Source: Epiperipatus broadwayi
Taxonomy: Eukaryota; Animalia; Onychophora
Assembly: GCA_028023455.1 (NCBI GenBank)
Contig: JAQFVV010000008.1
Location: 8,556,001 to 8,620,000, forward strand
Direction: 5' to 3'
Length of the DNA stretch: 64,000 bases
The position numbers and the translations under genes are program-made. The notes under the pieces were generated by a model. It saw only the letters and a program-made list of their open reading frames with translations, ran no database searches and had not been told where the DNA came from. Below are positions 53,651 to 64,000 of this stretch, piece after piece; positions within the stretch are counted from its first letter, which is position 1, and each line of letters opens with the position of its first letter.

Positions 53651-56484
53651 TTTTTAATTTGTATATTAAGTATGGTTGTATATCTTAATTTTTTTTTTGA
53701 TGTTAACTTCTAATAGCAATTTTAAAATAAAATAAAAAACCAACAAGAAGTTATAAAAATTAAAGTGAAAAATATTAATCAACTGATGATTATAAAAAGC
53801 TTCAGATAATTAGAAAACTAGTAGATGGGTTAAATACATATATTGTGAATTTTTTTTGTAGCATTTTGGAGAACATTATAAAAGAGTTTTTGATGGAAAA
53901 AGTTATCATAATCAAAATAAAATAGTCCAGTATGTTGAAAATTTTTAAAAAGACTCTGATCCACATATATATAAAATTTCCACAAAAGTGTGTAGATCAC
54001 CATTTTTAAAGACTTGAAACAACATGGTCTGTTCTGATTATGGAAAATTTTTCCTACCAAAATCTACAGTTGTCCCAAATAAACATCAAAATCTTCATTG
54101 TAACATACATTCATAGAAAAATAAATATTAAAAAGTAAATAATGCATAATCCAGAGGTTAACAATTTTTTAGAAGGATTAATCCCATTGCTTACCATAAT
54201 TATTTTTACCAATTTTAATTAGATCATTTTGTGTATTTAATTAGATCATTTTTTGTATGCTTATGTAGATAATATGAATAAATATAATTAGTTTTATAGA
54301 AATAAACAATATTAATGTGAGTTTAAAAAATAATTACTTAAAATTCCTTTAAAAATATGCACAGTGAATTTTAATTTACAATCAAAACAAGTCATTCAAT
54401 TTAAATTCATACATATTGCAAACAATAGTAAAAAAAGACGTAATCATAGTCTTTGATCATATTCTAATATGTCTCTAGTTTGAAATATTTTAAAGAAACA
54501 AAACGCTTATAATCAAATATATTCATTCATCTTTTTTGACTTATTGCACTTTTTTTTTAATTATTTGACTGAAGCATACAAGTAGCCAAATTCTTGTTGC
54601 ATATAAACAGGAATATGAAATCATAATATTGATTAATAATAAATACTATATTTTGGTTAACTTCACATAAAATTGTTAAAGTGCAAATTAAATAAATAAA
54701 AATATAATACAAACATTACACATGTTACAATAATTTTTTTTTGTCAATTCTATAATGTATTTTATAATTTCATCTGCTCTCATGTTCCATTAAAATTTGA
54801 ATTGCATATCAATAAAAGCATTTCTTTTTCAAGATTGCTGAATCCAAATTTATATTATTATTTGCAATAAATTTTAAATTAGCTGTTTCACATTATATCA
54901 ATTTTGTGAAATTACAAATACTGGATTTTTTTTTTAGTAGCTGCAATCCACTTAATGTAAAATCATTAAAATTATTTATGTACAATCAAATATATACAAC
55001 GATATAAATTCACATCCTCATATAGTGAAAAATATTTAAACTTTGTAGATATGTATGATATTTTTCAAATACTTAACTGAAACTATTAATTTTTATTAAT
55101 AATAAAAATTGAAAAATTACCGGTAATGACTTAATTCTTCGTAATATTCCTCTTTCCCTAAATAAACAAAAAATAAAATAATAAAGCATAAATAAATGAT
55201 TAATTAATAAAACATACAATTATTTATTTTTAAAATACTTTTATTTTTTTCAGTAACAATAGGTAGATTATCGAATTCAAATATTTATATTTTCTAAACA
55301 TGTTTAAATGAGACAACATCGTTAACATAAGCCCAAACCACAAACAAATGAGTATAGCTATTCCAATTCAAAAAACAAAATAATAATAGTATACAGTATT
55401 AAATATAAGTTTCGCCATAACCATACAAACCAATCGGTGAAATATAAATAACTTTATATATAGATCATGCTAATAAATTATTTTATTTGACATTTTGAGC
55501 TAAACTGTCTTTTAAGTTCTTCAACCTTTTCCTTCTGAAAGACTTCCATTACTATATTAAATGTAGCCTGTCATTGTATTCTATCCTTAGTTATATCTTC
55601 CTAATGAAAACAATCAAAATAGCAGTTCTTTAAAAGGAATCTGACTCTTTTATGCTCAAGTTCACCATAAAATATTTTTTCAGGAAAACTATTACTATTC
55701 ATTCATTTCATATGTGATTTTACAATAAGAGACATATAATATTATATTCAGCAACATGAAGTACATATTGATTGGTTATATTGGATCTTTTATCACTTTT
55801 AGAATTTTATGAAGCATACTTAAATAAAAAAATTCTAATGCAATTATGATACTCAATAGTGTATCCAAATCTCACTTTTACACAATAAATTAGATAAAAC
55901 ATTATATATATATGTATAACTAATTTAGTTACAGTAGTTATATTAATGTAATAAATACTTTATCTTTTAGTGTATTAAAAGCAGTAGTAGAGTGGAGACT
56001 TTGTTGCATCTCAATATCTAAATGTGCCCTTTTGCTTAAAAAATAATAAAATATTTAAATTAGTTCACATTGACAAGTTGCTAATCATCCAAATTAATAA
56101 TTGTTGAATATTTTTTTTTATACTGCAACCTGATAATAAGAGTTTTTTTTGAACATAATTATTAAACCAGTCTTTATTTATTGCATTCAAAACATTAAAT
56201 CGATTATGTCGATTCTTTTTTTAAATTGGCAAAAATAATACAATAATCAGTATATTGTAAATTTAGAAGCCAAAATAAAGTTGCCTATAAACCATTGCAA
56301 ATACTAGTATTTGCCTGAAGGTTTGTAATGATGCTATATTATAAGATGTGATATGTTGGACTATTTACATCATTTATGAGTGAATGTTGAATGTACAGAA
56401 AATTTTAACTTTATTTAAACTTTCCAAATACAAACAACTTGTTAGTAATAACACACAAATAGACAATACAGGTTAGTAATTACA

Positions 56485-56532
56485 CAACATTCGTTTCTAG
56501 TAGTATTATTTTCCACTCTTCTTCAGATGTTG
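56485..56532 (-). ncRNA. Hammerhead-like motif in PLE terminal repeat (homologues at 59071-59114 minus and 62328-62375 plus)
   Basis: CAACAT CTGAAGA a GAGTGG..CTACT(C/A) GAAAC GA ATGTTG. Stems I and II pair, but the canonical U16.1 before the cleavage site is missing. Confidence 0.6.
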
Positions 56533-56549
56533 CTGGCCTATATGCACTG

Positions 56550-56642
56550 TGACAATATTCACTAGAAGTTGAACTCGTCACCTTTAGATTCTTGAAATAT
56601 TGAATTTAAGGCAAATGCTCTACCAACTGAGCTATTCTGTCA
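56550..56642 (-). other. tRNA-Phe-like Pol III cassette inside the PLE terminal repeat (homologues at 59132-59201 minus, internally deleted, and 62219-62310 plus)
   Basis: TGACAGAATAGCTCAGTTGGTAGAGC(A/G)TTTGCC...AATCTAAAGGTGACGAGTTCAA...TGTCA: A box, B box, complementary ends, and the tRNA-Phe-like ATCTAAAGGT segment. Confidence 0.7.
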
Positions 56643-58931
56643 AAGGCAACACATAGTAGAAATTTGATATATTTATATATGAAGTTTGGTTCAAATCCTC
56701 CTGAATCCTTCAATTTTTTTTTTAATGAGGCTAATTACTTTTTTATTTTATTTTTTCCTAAGAGCAAGATTAATTAGATGCTTCCATACATTGTGTATTG
56801 CCACACAGGGTTGACTTATAGGATTATTTACCATGAGCAGCTTCCTTGAATTTTCTTCTATGCATTTTTTCCTCTTTATCCAATATCCTTGTATTTTCCC
56901 ACTTAAGCATATGGTCATTAGTACATACATGATCTGCTATGGTAGACACATCTGTTTTTTCTCTTTTAACCATTAGTTTGTGCACTTTCAATCGCTGTTC
57001 AACAGGGTGACAGGGCTCACCAATGTATTTCCTTCCATATTCACATGGTATTTCATAGATTTCCAGTTCAGGCTTAGTATAAATAAGCATTCCTCAAAAT
57101 GTAGTATAGCTTTGGAAAGCAGTTCTAATGTTATATTGACTTGTCTGACATTCCTGGTATGTATAAATAATTGATTTCTCTTTTGTTGTCTATTAAAGGT
57201 TTTCCTGATGACTGCTGAGGGATAACCATTCTTCATAAGCATTTGTTCTATGTGAATCTTTTCTTTTTCCAAATCACTGGTTTCTGAACAAACCTCCTTT
57301 GCTCTGTTCATAGTGATAATATAATTCCTTGTTTAGTGCTTCTTGTATGATTGGTTGTTGGTTTCCTACACACTGTTGTTTTTACTTTGCCCTGAAGGAG
57401 ACTTGTCACAAGAACTTCCAAGAATGTCAATTTTTGTTCTTGTTCTAATTTCATTATGAATTTAATTGTAGGAGATACGTTGTTAATGTACATCAGAGTG
57501 ACTAATTTTACCTCACCATGTGGCTATATCACAAATGTATCATCAACTTATCACAGCCACACTTTAGGTGGTCATGGAGTATTTATGGCTATGGTTTCAA
57601 GTTCTTCCATGTAAATGTTGTTGAGCAAGGGTGACAGTGATGATCCCATGGCAACCCCTTGATTTTGTTGGAAGAATTCTGAGTTATATTGAAAGTATGT
57701 TGTTACACAGAATGTTAATAATTCCATTATACTATCAATAGGTAGAGCTCTTCTAGTTTGTAGACTATTATTTATCATATAACATTTTCCTTATAATAGA
57801 CAATGCCTCATCATTTGTAAACACTTTCCACATCAAAGCTTACCAATACGTCAGTTCTTCCCATTTTCATGTTCCTGACTAATTCTACAAAGTGCTTAGA
57901 ATCCCTGACAAAAGACTGTGTCCTATACACCAATGAACTTCGAGAAGAAATCTTGACAAATTTTGACATGGTAAATTTCTAGAACTAACAATCGATCTTA
58001 ATGGAACATTGTCTTTATGGATTTTAGGCAGTCCATATAGGTGAAAAATCTTGCTGAAATATGAAGTTAAATTTCTTTTTTCTGAATCACTGAAATACCT
58101 GCGATGCTTCCAGAGTAATGCTTGTAGTTTTACCTCTGTATTTGGAATTTGATTTTTTTGCTACTTTTTGTATTGGCCTGCTGTGAGAAGGCCTTGTATT
58201 TTATCATAATCAGTTTTATCCTGTTTGAAAGATTTAATAGCTTTCCTCTCATTACACGAAATGTTTGACTTCTGCTTGTGCACTTGATGTCTTTCAAATG
58301 TCCTTTTTATTCTCCAGTGTAATTCTGCTACTTCTAGAGTCAAGTTTTGGGTCATCTCGTCAGTGGCTGCCATTATATCCAATAGTGAGACAGTAGATGG
58401 TGTAATGAGGAAATTCAAACCTTTTTCAAGAACTGATAATTCACAACCAGTAAGGTGTTTAAAACTAAGATTTTTCACTGATGATGAGGATAGACTAGTT
58501 GCAGTATTACTTTTGACTTGCCCATGTAGACTTACAAGCTTCTTTTGAAGTCCTTTTATCCTTCCATGTAACTTACAATATGATCTGTTCACTGCTGGAC
58601 AAATTCTTGAGAAATCTTCATCTGTAACTTTTATTTTGTAGAAACGATTCCACATTTCTAATAGATCAGAATGTTTGATACTTGTAAACCACTGAACCTT
58701 TATACTATCTCTCAATAAGGCCTCCTTTGCTCTCTGAATAATTTTCTCAGCTCTCTTAAAGGAAATAGGTTTTAACTGCAAACCATTAGGGATAATTCCG
58801 TCGGATTTACATTTACAAAAGAAAGTTAAATGATTTTCTACTTTAACCAGTGTTAGACACAATTTTTCATGTCTAAATTTCAACACATCATTGGGTCAAT
58901 ACCAAATACTTAATATTTGTCTGAAGATATA

Positions 58932-59672
58932 TAATGATGGCATATTATAAGATGTGATATGTTGGACTATTTCCATCATTTATAAGTGAATATTAAATGT
59001 ATAGATAATTTTCCAAATACAAACAACTTGTTAGTGATAACCCACAAATAAACAATACAGATTAGTAATTACATGTTTCGAGTAGTATTATTCTCCACTC
59101 TTCTTCAGGTGTTGCTGGCCTATATGCACAGTGACAATATTCGCTTAGAAGTTGAATATTAAATTTAAGGCAAATGCTCTACCAACTGAACTATTCAGTC
59201 AAAGGCAACCTATAGTAAAAAAATTGATATATTTATATATGAAGATTGGTTTAAATCCTCTTGAGTCTACCATTTTTTTTTTTTAATGAGGCTAATTAGT
59301 TTTTTTAAATATTTATTTTTCATAAGAGCAAGATTAATTAGAGGCTTCCCTACATTGTGTATTGCCACACTGGATTGACTTATAGGCTTATTTACCATGA
59401 GCAGCTTCCTTGAATTTTCTTCTATGCATTTTTGCCTCTTTATCCAATATCTTTGTATTTTCCCACTTAAGTATATGGTCATTGATATACATGATCTGCT
59501 ATGGTAGAAACATCTGTCTTTTCACTTTTAACCATTAGTTTGTGCTCTTTCAATCATTGTTCAACAAAGCGACAGATCTCACCAATGTATTTCCACATTC
59601 ACATGGCATTTCATAGATGCAGTTTTTGTTCTTCAGCATTTCCAGTTTAGGCTTAGTAGAAATAAGCATTCC
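58932..59672 (-). mobile_element. PLE copy B: endonuclease 3' part plus terminal repeat, in tandem upstream of copy A (pseudo-LTR)
   Basis: Aligns with about 56326-57095 and runs directly into the start of the copy A ORF. Confidence 0.92.
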
Positions 59673-59681
59673 ACGAAGTAT

Positions 59682-62520
59682 GCTATGTTGAAATTTAGAT
59701 AAAAAATTATGTCTAAAACTGGTTAAAGTAAAAAATCATTTATGTAAATCAGAAGGGATCATCCCTAAGAGTTTGCAGTTAAATCTCCTATTTCCTCCAA
59801 AAGAGCTGAGAAAATTATTCAGAGAGCAAATGAGGCCTTATTGAAAGAAAGCATAAAGGTTCAGCGGTTTACCAAGTATCAAACATTGCGATCTATTAGA
59901 AATGTGGAATCATTTCTACATAATAAAGTTACAGATGAAGATTTCTCAAGAATTTGTCAAGCAGTGAAGTTACAGATGAAGATTTCTCAAGAATTTGTCA
60001 AGCAGTGAACAGATCATATTGTAAGTTACATGGAAGGATAAAAGAACTTCAGAAGAAGAAGCTTGTAAATCTACATGGTCTCTCAAGAATTTGTCAAGCA
60101 GTGAAGTTACAGATGAAGATTTCTCAAGAATTTGTCAAGCAGTGAACAGATCATATTGTAAGTTACATGGAAGGATAAAGGAACTTCAGAAGAAGAAGCT
60201 TGTAAATCTACATGGTCACGTCAAAAGTAATACTGCAATTAGTCTATTCTCATCATCAGTGAAAAATCTTAGTTCTAAACACCTTACTGGTTGTGAATTA
60301 TCAGTTCTTGAAAAAGGTTTGAATTTCACCATTGCAATATCTACTGTCCCATTATTGGATATAATGGCAGCTACTGATGAGGTGACCCAAAACTTGACTC
60401 TAGAAGAAGTGGCAGAGTTATGCTGGAGAATAAAAAGGACACTTGAAAAACATCAAGTGCACAAGTAGAAGTCAAACATTTCATGTGAAGAGAGAAAAGT
60501 TATTAAATCTCTCAAACAGGATACATCTATAATCATTCTTCCTGCTGACAAAGGTAACACTACAGTTGTAATGGATAAAACTGATTATGATAACAAAACA
60601 CAAGACCTTCTCACAGCAGGCAATACAAAAAAGTAGCAAAAAATCCAATTCCAAATACAGAGGTAAAACTACAAGCATTACTCCTGAAGCATCGCAGGTA
60701 CTTCAGTGATTTAAAAAAAAAAATTTAACTTCATATTTCAGCAAGATTCTCACCTGTATGGTGCCTAAAATCCATAAAGACAATGTTTCATTAAGACCTA
60801 TTGTTAGTTCTAGAAATTCATCATGTCAAAATTTGTCAGGATTTCTTCTCAAAGTTCATTGACATACAGGACACAGTCTTTAGTCAGGGATTCTAAGCAC
60901 TTTGTAGAATTAGTCAGGAACATGAAAATGGAAAGAAATGACATATTGGTAAGCTTTGATGTGGAAAGTCTGTTTACAAATGTAATATGTGATGAGGCAT
61001 TGTCTATTGTTAGGAAAAGGTTATATTATGATAATAGTCTATAAACTAGAACAGCCCTACCTATTGATAGTATAATGAAATTATTAACATTCTGTGTAAC
61101 AACATACTTTCAATATAACTCAGAATTCTTCCAACAAAATCAAAGGGATGGCCATGGGATCATCACTGTCACCCTTGCTCAGCAACATTTACATGGAAGA
61201 ACTTGAAACCACAGCCATAAATACTACTCCATGTCCACCTAAAGTGTGGCTTTAATATGTTGATGATACATTTGTGGTATGGACACATGGTGAGGTAAAA
61301 TTAGCCATTCTGGATGCACATTAACAAAATATCTCTACAATTAAATTCATGATGAAATCAGAACAAGAACAAAAATTGGCATTCTTGGATGTTCTTGTGA
61401 CAAGACTCCCTCAGGGCAAAGTAAAAACAACAGTGTATAGGAAACCAATACACACTGGCAAATACATCCAATCATAGAAGAAGCACCAAACAAGGAATTG
61501 TACTATCACTATGGAACAGAGCAAAGGAGATTTCTTCAGAAACCAGTGATTTGGAAAAAGAAAAGATTCACATAGAACAAATGCTTATGAAGAATAGTTA
61601 TCCATCAGCAGTCATAAGGAAAACCTTCAATAGACAACAAAAGAGAAAACAATTGGTACGGTAGTGTATCCATACATACCAGGAATGGCGGACAAATTAT
61701 AGAAAATCTGCAGTCAATATAACCTTAGAACCGCTTTCCAAAGCTATAAAATACTTCTACTAAGCCTAAATTGGAAATGCTGAAGAACAAAAACTGCATC
61801 TATGAAATACCATTTGAATGTGAATGGAAATACATTGGTGAGACCTATCACCCTGTTGAACAGTGATTAAAAGAGCACAAACTAATGGTTAAAAGAGAAA
61901 AAACACATGTGTCTACCATAGCAGATCATGTATGTACTAATGACCATATGCTTAAGTGGGAAAATACAAAGATATTGGATAAAGAGGAAAAAATGAATAG
62001 AAGAAAAGTCAAGGAAGCTGCTCATATGACAATGCTAAATAATCCTATAAATCAACGCAGTGTGGCAATACACAATGTATGAAAGCCTCTAATTAATCTT
62101 GCTTTTAGGAAAAAATAAAAAAAACTAATTAGCTTTGTTAAAAAAAAAATTGAGACTCAGAAGGATTTGAATCAATCCTCATATATAAATATATCAAAAT
62201 TCTACTATAGGTTGCCTTTGACAGAATAGTTCCGTTGGTAGAGCGTTTGCCTTAAATTCAATATTCAAGAATCTAAAGGTACGAGTTCAACCTGTAAGTG
62301 AATATTGTCACTGTGCATATAGGCAAGCAACATCTGAAGAAGAGTGGAGAATACTACTACTCGAAACGAACATTGTATAATTACTAACCTGTATTGTCTA
62401 TTTGTGTGTTATTACTAACAAGTTGTTTGTATTTGGAAAGTTTAAATAAAGTTTAAAATTTTCTATACATTCAACATTCACTCATAAATGATGAAAATAG
62501 TCCAACATATCACATCTTAT
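59682..62520 (+). mobile_element. PLE copy C, near full-length, inverted relative to A and B (degenerate)
   Basis: Reverse complement of copy A with independent indels. RT motifs LVSFDVESLFTNV and YVDDTFVVW; GIY-YIG IYEIP...YIGET...LKEH. Confidence 0.92.
59926..60217 (+). repeat. Nested 41-bp and 137-bp tandem duplications in copy C
   Basis: aagttacagatg... starts at 59926 and 59967. 59944-60080 is repeated at 60081-60217. Both are absent from copy A. Confidence 0.95.
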
Positions 62521-63329
62521 TGTAAATACTATCATGAAAACAAAGTTGGAGATAATAAACATCTTGTTTAAAATTAATTTTCATTTCAAATGCTTCAGAT
62601 TTTCAACCTATAATAATGACATTTCTTCTCATATAAAAGCTGCATAATTTAAATAAACTTTGATGGATAATGAATGAACTAATTTCAAATAGGGTCACAA
62701 ATCAATAAAAGCAATATAATAATCATCCCTTTATTCTTGATACTTTTCTTGCATTTGATTAGCAGCAAAGCCCATATCTATACTGTTTCTTAATTTTTTA
62801 AAACCACAGATGTATCTATGTGATTGGAAGCAAAACAATCAACTAAATTCTTAAAAATATCCTTACTGCAATGGATTGCAATGATATTCCATGATAATTA
62901 CTAAGGTTAACTACCCTCTTTATTTTTAAGATTTGGAATAGTAGAATTTTTAAAGATTGGAAAGCAGAACTTCATGGGTCCATATATTCCTAAAAAAAAA
63001 TTGCAATATTTTTAATGCTAATATATTACCACCATATTTTAAATCTATATATTTATATCTTATAAGTTCTGTACCCTTTTCATTTTTAAAATTGCACAGA
63101 ACTGTTTTGATTTCACTACCTGGACATCTTTATCAAAACCTAAATAAGGAAATAAAATAAATGTACCATTAAAAAAACCCTCAAAAAATCTAAACAAAGA
63201 CACTTCATGTAGACCACTTGGGAAATTATTAAAAAATCAAGTCAAAATATTTATCCACACACCATGTATTAATTTTCAATTGACAATGACATAAGAACCC
63301 CCCCCCCTGTAATACAAAATTATGTATTT

Positions 63330-64000
63330 ATTTTTAAGTGTTACAAATTAAATCCACTTCAAACTACTGACCATTTAATGCAATGCATTGATGTAAAATG
63401 TTTTTCACTTCTCAAAGTAGTGCTGAAATTTTAATAATGATATTTCTTAACACCGTTGAAATTTTTTCTTTACTACTTTTAAGTCCACAAAAAAAATTTT
63501 TGAAGCAATTTTTCATTTGGGGAATAAAAAGAAGCCATAATACAGCTGATGGATAATTCGAATCAAGCTGTTTTAATTAATTTTAATTAAAAAATTGTTT
63601 TGCACTCAAGGCTTTGCATGCTGGTATGTTATCATGATTTGGCCACAAATAGGAATGATTTTATTTTACCACAACACAAACATTTCAGAACTTGTAGGTA
63701 AAGTGCCTGATCATTACAAATAAATGCTGATAGCATAAAAAAAAACCAGCATCATTTTGACAATGAACTTCACTCGCCATGCTTTTTTGGAACATGGCAA
63801 ATTTGCCACTTCTATTAAATAACTCAAAAACTTGTTTTCCCCAGAAAAGTTTGCTTGAAAGTTGTTTTAAGCATTACAATTGTTTTCTTTGCCATTTTCT
63901 CTAATAGAAAACAGAATTTCACATTGTTCTAACTTTTCAACCATTACAAGAATCTACAAATAAGCAAGACATATTTAACAAAAGTATTTACTAAATGGCA
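63330..64000 (-). mobile_element. Degenerate mariner (Tc1/mariner) transposase remnant
   Basis: Minus-strand fragments KMMLVFF, YLQVLK.L, HDNIPACKALSAKQFL..N (HDNAPAH motif) and CIALNGQ*FE (C-terminal G.YFE). Confidence 0.75.

Larger units (their letters stand above)
56298..58931 (-). mobile_element. Near full-length Penelope-like element, copy A (degenerate)
   Basis: N-terminal ORF 58161-58886 (EK...ENHLTFFCKCK..IIPNGL). RT fragments QGVAMGSSLSP, VDDTF, LTFLEVLV. GIY-YIG IYEIPCEYGRKYIGE...RLKVH...RRKFKEA. Followed by the 3' terminal repeat. Confidence 0.92.

Overview
Very AT-rich, CpG-poor eukaryotic DNA, probably an invertebrate intron or intergenic region (organism inferred from composition only). 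No intact long gene, rRNA or CRISPR array is present, and most ORF-track calls are noise or antisense to transposon coding. The window is mostly decayed mobile elements: two GTF2IRD2-like hAT transposons, a Ty3/gypsy pol remnant, RTE-type LINEs, a mariner remnant, a TTAA-flanked piggyBac-like MITE, tRNA-derived SINE copies, and several Penelope-like elements (PLEs) with RT and GIY-YIG domains. The main unexplained signal is RNA-level: about ten hammerhead-ribozyme (HHR)-like motifs from four unrelated families. They include (i) a 377-bp ORF-less palindromic insertion with a 15-bp TSD carrying two divergent HHRs (46.0-46.4 kb), (ii) PLE terminal repeats with a tRNA-Phe-like Pol III cassette just upstream of the HHR (56-62 kb), (iii) an HHR variant whose core C3-G8 pair appears swapped to A3-U8, with stem covariation between two copies (39.2 and 53.6 kb), and (iv) an HHR plus A/B-box cluster (27.5-28.9 kb). 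All homology calls come from manual translation and motif recognition, not database searches. Boundaries of degenerate elements are approximate.
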